Source: Nostoc punctiforme PCC 73102 (GTDB lineage: Bacteria > Cyanobacteriota > Cyanobacteriia > Cyanobacteriales > Nostocaceae). From it: a stretch of DNA of 32,000 nt. A model generated the notes under the pieces. The model saw only the letters and a program-made list of their open reading frames with translations, was not told the DNA's origin and did not search any database. The stretch lies in contig NC_010628.1 of assembly GCF_000020025.1 (NCBI RefSeq), positions 4,050,001 to 4,082,000 on the forward strand. The letters are read 5' to 3'. Positions within the stretch are counted from its first letter, which is position 1. The number at the start of each line of letters is the position of its first letter. Made by a program: the position numbers and the translations under genes. Below, in pieces: positions 23,243-32,000 of this stretch.

Positions 23243-24178
23243 ATGTCAAATTTCCGCGATCGCACAGAGTCAAACACCGATAAAGTTTTACTCATCGGAG
23301 TTACTGGCGGCACAGGTGGAAATGTCGTTAAGGGATTTCTCGAACAGGGAGTTACCAACCTGCGAGTCATCACTAGAGAAATTGATCTTAATCGTCCAAC
23401 TCTTGCAAAGCTCAACAATGCCGGAGTTGAACTGGTAAAAGCCAACCTCGACGATAAAACTTCTCTCATAGCAGCCTTTGCAGGAATTTCGGCTGTTTAC
23501 TGCCACGCCACTTCTGCGGACTCCGCTAAAATTGACCCGCTAGAGGTGGAGAGAGCAAGGCGAGTTGCACAAGCTGCCAAACAAGCTGAAATTAAGCACT
23601 TTGTCTACAATTCCGCAGGTGGGGCGGATAGGAATTCCGGAATCCCTCGCATTGAGCAAAAGTATCAAGTAGAGGAAATTCTCAAAGAAGCGGGCTTACC
23701 TACTACTATGTTGCGAGCCTGCTTGTTTATGGAGGAGTTTTGGAAGAAGTACACGCGACCTTCTATTATCAAAGGTAGTTTTCCGTTTTCAATTCAGCCA
23801 GATAAACCCCTTCATCTAATTACAACCAAGGATATGGGCCGCGTTGCTGCCTACGTAATTAAACATCCCACCAAGTATATTGGTCAAGAAATTGAGCTAG
23901 CTGGCGATGTGCTGACTCCAAAACAGATGGCAGAGGCATTCTCCCAAGCGCAGGGGCTAAAAGTTGTCCATAAAGAGACACCTGCTTGGATTTTCTTACT
24001 CTTGCTGCAAAAAGAACTGTTCGATTTGATTCAGTGGTATCGCAAAAAAGGTTATCAAGCCGATGTCCAGCGTTTACGAGAAGAGTTTCCTGGACTTCTA
24101 ACAACATTTAGTGAATTTTTGGCAGAAACTCACTGGTCAAATGCGGAACTTACCTATGAGAGTCTGCGATCGCATTAG
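23243..24178 (+). CDS. NmrA-like NAD(P)-binding (atypical SDR) protein
   Basis: The ORF track starts at 23165. I prefer ATG 23243 (MSNFRDRTESNTDKVLLIGVTGGTGGNVV), preceded by 'gaagagaga'. It has the Rossmann motif GxxGxxG and an NmrA-like length of ~311 aa. Confidence 0.85.
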   Translation: MSNFRDRTESNTDKVLLIGVTGGTGGNVVKGFLEQGVTNLRVITREIDLNRPTLAKLNNAGVELVKANLDDKTSLIAAFAGISAVYCHATSADSAKIDPLEVERARRVAQAAKQAEIKHFVYNSAGGADRNSGIPRIEQKYQVEEILKEAGLPTTMLRACLFMEEFWKKYTRPSIIKGSFPFSIQPDKPLHLITTKDMGRVAAYVIKHPTKYIGQEIELAGDVLTPKQMAEAFSQAQGLKVVHKETPAWIFLLLLQKELFDLIQWYRKKGYQADVQRLREEFPGLLTTFSEFLAETHWSNAELTYESLRSH

Positions 24179-24235
24179 TACACTGTGGCAAAAGTTTGCT
24201 TACCTTTAACCAGTTGCTCTGAGCAACTGATTAAG

Positions 24236-24271
24236 CCGGAATGAGTTGAGATTATCAATATTATCTGCCCT
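24236..24271 (-). pseudogene. Relic of the C-N hydrolase 5' end left by segmental duplication
   Basis: The 55-nt blocks 24236-24290 and 22237-22291 differ at 3 positions. One of these changes ATG to AGG (24269-24271). The relic reads (R)ADNIDNLNSFR, against MADNTDNLNSFR. Homology ends at 24236. Confidence 0.7.
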
Positions 24272-24288
24272 GCTGTGTCCAAATTTTT

Positions 24289-25068
24289 TTAACCATGCCT
24301 AGGGTCGTCTATGCCTACACCTCCCCAGAGCGATCGCACAAGTTTATCTGTCAACTCAGAACCAAACATCTGTGCGGCAAATTTATTACCTGGATCGCGT
24401 TCAGCACTGCTACGGCGCAGCGCCAAATCACGAGCTGCCAAAGCTTCCCGTGCATCTTCTGACACTGGTTCAGCTGTATCTACCCAAGTTAGCCAGCGAT
24501 CGAGGGTTTCGTGTGCAAGTGTGCGAATCAGTTCGAGAGTTTCCAAGGTGGGTGCGCTGGTGTAGCACAAGCTAGCAGGCGATTGAAATAAGCGAATATA
24601 GGCGCTTTTGCTAGTAAATGCCTTTAAGCGCGAATCGTCTTGCAACTTTAAGAATGTTTGATTAACTGGCTCATAGTAGCGATCGAGATATGCCAAATCG
24701 GTTAAAAGCTCAGTTCGGGGGATGTAATCTATATAAAAGAAAATATTTGGTAACGTGCCAAACTCAAAGGCTAAATGAGGAACCTGAATATGCGACTTCA
24801 ACCAAGTGGTGAGACGCATCGTGCTAAAGTTTGATTTTTCGGGGTTTCCTAGCCACGAATGAACTAACCAATCAATTTCTTTCCCGGAAAAAGCTGTGAG
24901 CGAACCCTTCATCTTGCTATCGAGACTGCTGTATTGCTGTAAACCTTCTACAGAAGGGTCTGGATGTAACTGGAAACGAGCCTCTAGTTTTTGGTGTAGT
25001 TCTTTTGTAATTCCCCACAACTGCTCAAATACAGCCTTATTGTCTAGATCGCTTGGTTGCTGAGTCAT
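24289..25068 (-). CDS. RCCR-like protein, paralog of 22298-23059
   Basis: The ORF track starts at 25125. Met20 (25068, MTQQPSDLDNKAVFEQLWG) aligns with the paralog start MLEQKINVDNTALFEQLWG. By eye the two are roughly 60% identical, with all the motif blocks shared. Confidence 0.7.
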   Translation of the reverse strand: MTQQPSDLDNKAVFEQLWGITKELHQKLEARFQLHPDPSVEGLQQYSSLDSKMKGSLTAFSGKEIDWLVHSWLGNPEKSNFSTMRLTTWLKSHIQVPHLAFEFGTLPNIFFYIDYIPRTELLTDLAYLDRYYEPVNQTFLKLQDDSRLKAFTSKSAYIRLFQSPASLCYTSAPTLETLELIRTLAHETLDRWLTWVDTAEPVSEDAREALAARDLALRRSSAERDPGNKFAAQMFGSELTDKLVRSLWGGVGIDDPRHG

Positions 25069-25593
25069 AGTTTGAGTTTGCGGTTTTTCTATAAACTTTA
25101 TATTTAGTTTGACACTCTTCGGCATCTAGCTCTTTGCTCATATCGAGCAACCCATTCATCGAATTCAGGACTGTGGTAAACAGTTCATCAACTAGACATA
25201 ATACAGCTATTGCAGCAATCTGTATTAACCGATGATTTCTCAACTGGCTCTTAATTTAGATGAGTATTTTCAAATAGATACAGGAATTATATTTAATTTT
25301 TGAAAAAACTCAGTACCACGAAAAGAGCCTTATTTCCCGTTGCCTTTTATCTTCTAAGCTAAATTAGTATGGCTACGCCACGTTGCGCGAACAGAAATTA
25401 AAACCACTTCTTATAGTCTATTCTCCTTCCATTTAAAAAATATTCTATGCCATTATCGTTATATTTATATACAAACATGTCAACATAGGATTATCAATAG
25501 ATTTATTCCGTATTAATACTGGCTAAATCATATTTAAAAAAGTGTTAGATTTAGGAATGTGCAATTATAATGTATCTAAGAAAATAGTATAAA

Positions 25594-27198
25594 ATGCGCC
25601 TGCTTTACAAACTTAGATTTGTTTCTTCTCAATTAGTAACTGTAACAGTCCTGCTGACATTATTCTTGTTTATCCCTCAAGTTTTTCTAAATTGGCAAGC
25701 ATATTATAATTTCAATAGTATTATTAAAAATGAATTTAAACTACAAACACTGAGTGATAAAATTACTTATTTTGATGAAGTTTTAACAATGTCAGCCCGG
25801 ATGAATGCTGCTACAGGTAACTCTGCTTGGGAACAACGATATCGTCAATTTGAGCCTAAACTTGATATTGCTATTAAAGAATCTATTAAGCTGGCTCCTA
25901 AAGCATATCAAAATGAGGATGCCCAAAAAATTGATGCTGCTAATCAGCTTTTGGTTACAATGGAATATCAATCTTTTGATTTAGTGAAGAAAGATCAAAA
26001 AGGGGCGGCACAACTACTACTTTCTAGCAGAGAATATGAAACTCAGAAGCGTATTTATGCTGATGGTGTTGCCAAAAGAAACCGTAATATATCACTTCAG
26101 TTACAGCAGAAGATTGATGAATATTATACAAAAATATTTTGGGCAGTTTTAGAATCTATTATAAGTTTAGTACTGCTGATTCCGGCATGGCTTTTAGTAT
26201 TGAATTTATTGCAGCAATATTTAAAAGCTAAAAAAATTGCTCAAGCTGCCTTAGAAGAAACGAATTGTAGGTTGGAAATGCAAGTGGCAGAGAGAACGGC
26301 AAAATTAGAATATAAAAATCTTCAACTACAACAGACACTACAAGAATTGCAATACACTCAAGTACAACTTATTCAAACTGAAAAAATGTCCTCATTAGGC
26401 CAGTTAGTTGCTGGTGTTGCTCATGAAATCAATAATCCAGTTAATTTTATTCATGGTAATCTGATACATCTTAAAGAATATAGTCAGCAATTACTAACTT
26501 TAATTAAGCTGTATAAACAAGAGAATTTTAATTACAACCCAGAAATAACTACTCTGATTGATGAGATAGATTTAGAGTTTATTATTGATGATATGCCAAA
26601 AATATTATCGTCAATGGAAGTTGGTACTGAGCGCATTTGTGAGATTGTGCTAACTTTGCGGAACTTCTCGCGTCTTGATGAAGCAGAAATGAAATCTGTT
26701 GATATTCATGAAGGAATTAATAGCACACTATTAATTTTACAGCATCGTCTTAAAGAAAATCATAAACAGCAAGAAATTGAAATAATCAAAAATTATGGTA
26801 ATTTGCCCCTTGTTGAATGTTATGTAGGAGGATTAAATCAGGTGTTTATGAATATATTTAGTAATGCTATTGATGCTTTGTATGAACAGAAAGGAGAGTA
26901 TTTAATAGGAAAGGTTAAAAAACATCTGAGTTCTATTATTGTCTATACTCAAGTGAAGAATGAAGAGTATGTAATTATTAGTATTAAAGATAATGGGCCA
27001 GGAATAACAGAGGAAGTTAAAACTAGATTATTTGACCCTTTTTTTACTACTAAACCTGTAGGTAAAGGCACTGGACTAGGATTATCTATTAGTTACCAGA
27101 TTATAGTAGATAAGCACAAGGGAAAAATCAACTGTATTTCTGCATCAGGTAAGGGTACAGAGTTTGTGATTGAGATTCCTATCAAGCAGACGCGGTAA
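25594..27198 (+). CDS. Membrane sensor histidine kinase (two TM segments, extracytoplasmic sensor domain), orphan
   Basis: 534 aa. TM1 is 'LVTVTVLLTLFLFIPQVF', followed by a ~150-aa loop and TM2 'IFWAVLESIISLVLLIPAWLLVLNLL', then a coiled coil. The H-box 'GQLVAGVAHEINNPVN', N-box 'NIFSNAIDA', 'DNGPGI' and 'GTGLGL' are present. The kinase core is a close relative of the one at 4799-7858. Confidence 0.92.
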   Translation: MRLLYKLRFVSSQLVTVTVLLTLFLFIPQVFLNWQAYYNFNSIIKNEFKLQTLSDKITYFDEVLTMSARMNAATGNSAWEQRYRQFEPKLDIAIKESIKLAPKAYQNEDAQKIDAANQLLVTMEYQSFDLVKKDQKGAAQLLLSSREYETQKRIYADGVAKRNRNISLQLQQKIDEYYTKIFWAVLESIISLVLLIPAWLLVLNLLQQYLKAKKIAQAALEETNCRLEMQVAERTAKLEYKNLQLQQTLQELQYTQVQLIQTEKMSSLGQLVAGVAHEINNPVNFIHGNLIHLKEYSQQLLTLIKLYKQENFNYNPEITTLIDEIDLEFIIDDMPKILSSMEVGTERICEIVLTLRNFSRLDEAEMKSVDIHEGINSTLLILQHRLKENHKQQEIEIIKNYGNLPLVECYVGGLNQVFMNIFSNAIDALYEQKGEYLIGKVKKHLSSIIVYTQVKNEEYVIISIKDNGPGITEEVKTRLFDPFFTTKPVGKGTGLGLSISYQIIVDKHKGKINCISASGKGTEFVIEIPIKQTR

Positions 27199-27472
27199 GC
27201 AAATATATAAATTCTTTCGTTTAGCTCAATGAACCGTATTAATCTGTCCCCTATATTTCTGGAATATTCATAACTCTATGCTAATGGTCTAACTTAAATT
27301 GTCACTCGAAAAGATATATTATTTGTAGTCACAGCTTTGACATAATATTGCAATAGCTTTGTCAATCCGATCTGCAATAGTTTACTCATCAAACCGTTTA
27401 ACGGAACTAGGCAGGTAATCCCTGCCTTTTTTAATCAATGCTTTCTAGCACTGCATTCCCTTACTATTATAA

Positions 27473-29833
27473 TTATGGGTGATTCCCCTTTACCTGAGAA
27501 TTACTAATAGAAAATCCTCGACGCGTGGGTTTAATATTAGCTAATTTCACCTGAAAACTTACCTTGTCATTCATTTCACCGCTTCTTGCTTCCAAAGTCC
27601 ACTTACCAGGACGTAAATTCCAAAATAAAGAATTAGCTGAATTTGTATCTAACTTTTCACCATTGAGCCACCATTCAACAGGTGCAGATTTATTTCCCGC
27701 TAGCTTAAATTCGAGTTTTTGCTTCGTTTCTTCACCTGGATACAGTAAAAATAAGTCGCCATGATGCGGGGACAAAATTCTCAAATTGGTAGAAACAAGA
27801 CTCGATTGCTGTTGTTTTGCCAACCACTCGTTATACTCTGGTGGTAAGTTAAATTGATTGTTACCTTCGTAGGCAATTTTATCTTCTGGATAGAAATATT
27901 CCTGCACAACTGAGGTACAATCTGATGTCGGCCGTAATCCCGAAATTGCACAAATAGGTAATTGTATTAAACCTTCTGGAGGTGGAAAAGCTGCTGGTTC
28001 TTGATGTTCGTGCAGGTGTAACATAATCCGATTCCACAAGGGTGCAGCCCCTGTCACACCTGAAACTTGTCGCATCGGTTCGCCATTGAAATTGCCTACC
28101 CAAGTAGCGACGGTGTAATCAGTAGTGAAGCCAACTGTCCAAGTATCACGAAAATTGGAAGAAGTGCCAGTTTTAACGGCAACAGGAAAGGGTAAATTTA
28201 ACACAGAGTTTACACCAAATGCTGTGGCACGAGCATGATTATCACTGAGTATGTTAGTAATTAATTGCCATATCGTCGTTGAATTTTGGATATTACATCG
28301 CATATTTGGTGCGCTTTCAGCGCAACTTGAATTTTGGATTGGAGAATCAGAAAATGTGCTTACTAAAGGGATAGACTCTCCAAGTCGTGCCATAGTAACG
28401 TAAGCTCTAGCTAGTTCCCATAAACTGACTTCGCCGCTACCGAGAGTTAACCCTAAACCGTAATGTTCTGGGGTTTGATTGAGATTTTCAAACCCAAGTT
28501 GATGCAATCGTTCTAAAAAAGTCTGCACACCTACTTTTTCTAAAACCCTGACTGCGGGTACATTCAACGAATTTGCTAAGGCGATTCGCACCCGCACAGG
28601 GCCAAGAAAGCGTTCCGTGTAATCGGTTGGGCTGTAAAGTCTCGCGCCGGGAATTGCATAACGGGCGGGAACATCTGCCAAAATGGTATTTGGGCGAATT
28701 AAACTTTTTTCTAAAGCTAATTCATAAACAAAAGGCTTGAGGGTAGAACCAGGTTGACGTAGCGCTTGCACTCCATCATTGCGTCCTAGTTTTGCTTGAT
28801 TAAAGTAATCAGGCGAACCGACATAAGCCAATACCTCACCAGTGTGGTTGTCAATTACCAACGCAGCTGCATCATGAACATTATTAGCGGCTAGGGAAGA
28901 AATCACCTGCTGCACCTGTGCTTCTACAAACTGCTGTAAAGGGCGATTTATAGTTGTGCGAATAACGGATTTATCTCCCCAGCCTTGCTTTTCAAGAGGA
29001 GTTGGGGGGATTTGATTGGCTAACCAAAATAAAAAGTGTGGTGCGGCGATAATTCCTCGTGGGCGAGACTGAAACACAACTTTTTCGGTTTGTGTTCGGG
29101 CTGCTGCGATCGCTCCACTAATATATTTTTCCTCTACCATACGATTGAGGACGTATTTTTGTCGCTGCTTCAACCGTTCCCAATGTTCATAAGGATTAAA
29201 ATATGTGGGATTATTGGGGATAGCAGCCAACAAACTAGCTTGAGCAAGATTTAACTCACTCGCTGGGATGGAAAAATAAGTCTGCGCGGCTGCTTCCACA
29301 CCATATATATTCCCGCCCATTGGTAGCCGATTAATATATGCAGAGAGAATTTCATCTTTATTCATCCCTGCTGTTAACCGCCAAGATAGCCAAATCTCTT
29401 GCAGTTTACCAGAAAAGCTGCGGGGGACGGGATCTAACATCCGTGACAGTTGCATAGTAATAGTGGAAGCGCCGGAAACAATTCGTTTCGCGTGGATAGC
29501 TTCTTTGCTGGCGCGGATAACAGCTTTCATATCCAACGCGCCGTGATGGTAAAAGCTGCCATCCTCGGCGGCTAAAATAGCATGGATAAACTGGGGCGAA
29601 ACTTGATTTAGCGGTACGACTGATGTATGTTCTTGGTCACGGGTGAGCAATGTTCCTAATGGTAAACCATTGCGATCGCTAAATTGCATTGCCAGTTGAT
29701 TTTGGGCAATATCTGCGGCTCGAACGGGCGCAAAATACGGTAATAAGCGTATAATCAGGCAGATTACCAGCACAGCTAGGATAAATTTGCTACTGTGTTT
29801 AATTTGGAGTAGCGATCGTAAAATTAGTTTCAT
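27473..29833 (-). CDS. pbpC: Penicillin-binding protein 1C (bifunctional glycosyltransferase/transpeptidase)
   Basis: 786 aa with an N-terminal TM anchor. GT51 motifs are 'EDGSFYHHGALD' and 'GASTITMQL'. Transpeptidase motifs are 'STLKP' (SxxK), 'SLN' and 'KTGTS'. A C-terminal beta-rich PBP1C-type domain follows. Confidence 0.9.
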   Translation of the reverse strand: MKLILRSLLQIKHSSKFILAVLVICLIIRLLPYFAPVRAADIAQNQLAMQFSDRNGLPLGTLLTRDQEHTSVVPLNQVSPQFIHAILAAEDGSFYHHGALDMKAVIRASKEAIHAKRIVSGASTITMQLSRMLDPVPRSFSGKLQEIWLSWRLTAGMNKDEILSAYINRLPMGGNIYGVEAAAQTYFSIPASELNLAQASLLAAIPNNPTYFNPYEHWERLKQRQKYVLNRMVEEKYISGAIAAARTQTEKVVFQSRPRGIIAAPHFLFWLANQIPPTPLEKQGWGDKSVIRTTINRPLQQFVEAQVQQVISSLAANNVHDAAALVIDNHTGEVLAYVGSPDYFNQAKLGRNDGVQALRQPGSTLKPFVYELALEKSLIRPNTILADVPARYAIPGARLYSPTDYTERFLGPVRVRIALANSLNVPAVRVLEKVGVQTFLERLHQLGFENLNQTPEHYGLGLTLGSGEVSLWELARAYVTMARLGESIPLVSTFSDSPIQNSSCAESAPNMRCNIQNSTTIWQLITNILSDNHARATAFGVNSVLNLPFPVAVKTGTSSNFRDTWTVGFTTDYTVATWVGNFNGEPMRQVSGVTGAAPLWNRIMLHLHEHQEPAAFPPPEGLIQLPICAISGLRPTSDCTSVVQEYFYPEDKIAYEGNNQFNLPPEYNEWLAKQQQSSLVSTNLRILSPHHGDLFLLYPGEETKQKLEFKLAGNKSAPVEWWLNGEKLDTNSANSLFWNLRPGKWTLEARSGEMNDKVSFQVKLANIKPTRRGFSISNSQVKGNHP

Positions 29834-30278
29834 CAGGGAATCCCTGTCAAGAAAACCTACCTTAATTTTGACGCAGCGATTACATTGATATCAGTAAATA
29901 TGTCAAATCCTTAATAATTTATTTGAAATCACTTAGCAGATGTAAATTAATATTTGCAGAAGTTAAATACTGATTCATAGTTAAGAATTGTAGTGATTTT
30001 TAGGAACAATCACATAGAATTAGTTATCTATGTAAATAAACATAGTTAAATCCAAACTCTAGGTAAAAAATAGTCAGATAGCATCCTTTATTTGTTTTGG
30101 CATTGCCAACTCAAGAAGGTATGCAAAGTTTTGTTAGCTATAAGTTGTAAATTTTTTATTTTGAATTATTAAAAATATGATTATCAGATTTTTACACCGT
30201 TTACACAATAAAATTCTATATTTCTTACTTAGCGTTCTTGGCATACTTAGCGGTAGCCTGCGGCAAGCCGTTCGCGTA

Positions 30279-30298
30279 GCGTCTCGTAGAGAAGCGTC
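30279..30298 (+). repeat. Core of the 'cgtctcgtagagaagc' small dispersed repeat
   Basis: 'gcgtctcgtagagaagcgtc' lies within a ~60-nt repeat-like stretch (30240-30300), directly upstream of the alpha-2-macroglobulin signal peptide. Confidence 0.6.
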
Positions 30299-30368
30299 TA
30301 CGTTAAAAAAAATTAGCCATTCCTCACGCCAGAAGAGAAGGATACAGTTTCTTCTTCTCTTTACATTC

Positions 30369-32000
30369 ATGCTAGCAATGACAGGGTGTAATTTTTTTGG
30401 TATCAACTCAAGTAAAGAACAACTGCCAGCAGTATCCCCACTTACACCACCAAAATTACCAGACTGGATTGAACAAATTAGTCCTATTGGCGATGCAAAA
30501 CCTCTCAACCAAATTCGCATCCGTTTTAAAGAAGCTTTAATCCCAGTTGAAAGTCTTGATAGTCCGGAACAACAGAAAATATTAGAAAAATTTGCCCTTT
30601 GGCCGCCTTTACCCGGTCAATTTCGCTTTTTAACACCGCGTATGGTGGGATTTCAAGCTGAGAAAGCATTGCCAATAGCGACAAGATTTCAAGTCACTCT
30701 CAAAGCAGGTTTAGCTGATTTAAAAAATCATCGCCTAGATAAAGATTTACCTTGGACTTTCAATACCGAATCTATCAAACTGACTAATTTACCTGGTGTC
30801 AATCCTATTGAGAAGGCTGATATTGAACCCATTGATTTACAAGAAAAGCTACAGTTTACTTCCAACGTAGAATTAAATTTAGCTTCCGTACAAGAAAAAT
30901 TACAGTTAATTCCTGAAGGAAAAAATAAAGGTGTAGGCTTCAAAGTCGAATTAAATAAAGAAGAAAAACCAGTAAAAAATGAAGAAGACCCTTTAGAAAA
31001 ATTTGACCCTTCAGCCCGCAATTGGATTTATAATCTCATCCCACAGCAAAATCTCGAAAAGGCAACTCCTTATCGCCTAGTCTTTTCTCCCGGAATACGT
31101 CCTGCTTATGGCAATCTCCCTACAGAGAAAGAATTTGCCAGTAAGTTAGTAACTTATTCACCTTTAGCATTCCAGAAAATCAACTTTTACGGACAGCCAG
31201 ATTCAGGTGGAACTTTTGGAAGATTTATTAAAGGCAGTCCCCAACTAGAATTTAATAACGTTTTACTGCCAGATTCAGCTAAAGAAAGTATTACGATTAA
31301 TCCAGCACCAAAAGACATTTCGAGAATCATCCAAATAAATGATGAAGATAAAATTGTCGGCATCAATCCTTATGCACTAGAACCAGCTAAAACTTATACA
31401 ATTACTATTGGCGGAAATCTCAAAGATAAGTTTGGGCAAACTTTGGGTAAACCTGTAACACTTAAATATGATACTGGAGATTTAGCCGGGGATATCTGGG
31501 TGCCATCAGATTTGAATATTTTCCCCACAGATAAAAATTTACAGCTAAATATTACTACCGGAAATCTACCAGAATCTAAATATAAAGCAGCTTATCGAGC
31601 AGTTAAACCAACAGATTTAGTTTATTTTAATAATAGTAATGATTTATTACCACAACCTTCTGATTGGCAAAGCTTTAAGGTATCGGGTCAGAAAAACCAA
31701 TCAGTCGATATTGCTGTTCCTCTGCGGGAAAAAATAAGTGCAGCCACAGGAATGTTAGCTTATGGAGTGCAAGCCCGTACTAATAAATATCAGGAAAATG
31801 GAAAGGAACTGTGGCGAGAACCTACCACTTATGGCTTAGTTGAATTGACGAATTTGGGCGTATTTACTCAGTGGTTTCCTGATTCAGGCTTAATTCGCGT
31901 CAATCATCTGACAGATGGTTCGCCAGTTCAAGCGGCGGCTGTGGAAATTTATCAATCAAAATTACAAGCAAAATCTCGCCCCGAACCGATATCTTGTGCA
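30369..32000 (+). CDS. Bacterial alpha-2-macroglobulin family lipoprotein (5' part; continues beyond the window)
   Basis: The frame is open from 30165 to the window end and is absent from the ORF track because no stop is reached. The lipobox is 'FMLAMTG/C'. MG-domain-like beta-rich sequence follows ('FRFLTPRMVGFQAEKALPIATRFQVTLKAGLADL', 'YGLVELTNLGVFTQW...DGSPVQAAAVEIYQS'). Pairing with pbpC is the known association. The start codon is uncertain: ATG 30369 is too short for a signal peptide, and in-frame ATT 30312 or ATG 30177 are alternatives. Confidence 0.8.
   Translation, partial: MLAMTGCNFFGINSSKEQLPAVSPLTPPKLPDWIEQISPIGDAKPLNQIRIRFKEALIPVESLDSPEQQKILEKFALWPPLPGQFRFLTPRMVGFQAEKALPIATRFQVTLKAGLADLKNHRLDKDLPWTFNTESIKLTNLPGVNPIEKADIEPIDLQEKLQFTSNVELNLASVQEKLQLIPEGKNKGVGFKVELNKEEKPVKNEEDPLEKFDPSARNWIYNLIPQQNLEKATPYRLVFSPGIRPAYGNLPTEKEFASKLVTYSPLAFQKINFYGQPDSGGTFGRFIKGSPQLEFNNVLLPDSAKESITINPAPKDISRIIQINDEDKIVGINPYALEPAKTYTITIGGNLKDKFGQTLGKPVTLKYDTGDLAGDIWVPSDLNIFPTDKNLQLNITTGNLPESKYKAAYRAVKPTDLVYFNNSNDLLPQPSDWQSFKVSGQKNQSVDIAVPLREKISAATGMLAYGVQARTNKYQENGKELWREPTTYGLVELTNLGVFTQWFPDSGLIRVNHLTDGSPVQAAAVEIYQSKLQAKSRPEPISCA

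Noticed and set aside
21587-23506. Shadow ORFs 21587-21793, 21699-21893, 22791-23216, 23218-23469 and 23288-23506, plus 23859-24107, 24311-24565, 24372-24575 and 25037-25243
   Set aside because: All overlap better-supported genes on the opposite strand or in another frame (C-N hydrolase, the RCCR-like pair, the NmrA-like gene). None has a recognisable motif.
30177-30368. ATG 30177 as the alpha-2-macroglobulin start
   Set aside because: It would place ~70 residues, translated largely from a dispersed repeat, in front of the lipobox Cys. This is kept only as an alternative in the feature note.
1-32000. Looked for tRNA, rRNA, tmRNA, RNase P RNA and NtcA-type (GTA-N8-TAC) sites in intergenic regions
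   Set aside because: I found no T-loop/acceptor-stem signature, no rRNA-like conserved block and no clean GTA-N8-TAC. A by-eye scan cannot exclude small RNAs.

Overview
The window reads as chromosomal DNA from a filamentous, Nostocales-type cyanobacterium. By manual scan I counted about 27 exact HIP1 octamers (GCGATCGC). There are also STRR-like heptamer tandem repeats and many small dispersed hairpin repeats. About 24 protein genes are credible. I saw no rRNA, tRNA, CRISPR array, transposase or integrase. Housekeeping or recognisable genes are obg, purN, pbpC with a divergent alpha-2-macroglobulin gene, two orphan sensor histidine kinases, a thermonuclease lipoprotein, a sugar-ABC permease, an HxlR regulator, a methyltransferase and a diiron ferritin-like protein. 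Five items deserve a second look. (1) A 1073-aa single-chain protein combines an orthocaspase (His/Cys dyad intact), 8 x 57-aa repeats, a putative TM segment and an FGE-sulfatase-like domain. Its gene sits in a ~4.2-kb insertion that splits the permease/purN divergent start region. The insertion is flanked by ~104-bp direct repeats carrying relic gene starts, and the gene is bracketed by a perfect 29-bp inverted repeat. (2) A minus-strand cluster encodes an RCCR-like (bilin-reductase superfamily) protein, an amidase-type C-N hydrolase whose Lys/Cys catalytic positions read Arg/Ser, and an aldehyde dehydrogenase. A duplicated RCCR-like paralog and an NmrA-like reductase lie next to it. (3) A three-gene operon has two tandem MIDAS-complete vWA genes, the second broken by a 1-nt deletion, followed by a coiled-coil ORF. 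(4) A 21-bp tandem array lies in the caspase/purN divergent region. (5) Inverted repeat copies supply the stop codons of both convergent genes obg and the PAS kinase. All family assignments come from motif recognition by eye. No searches were run.
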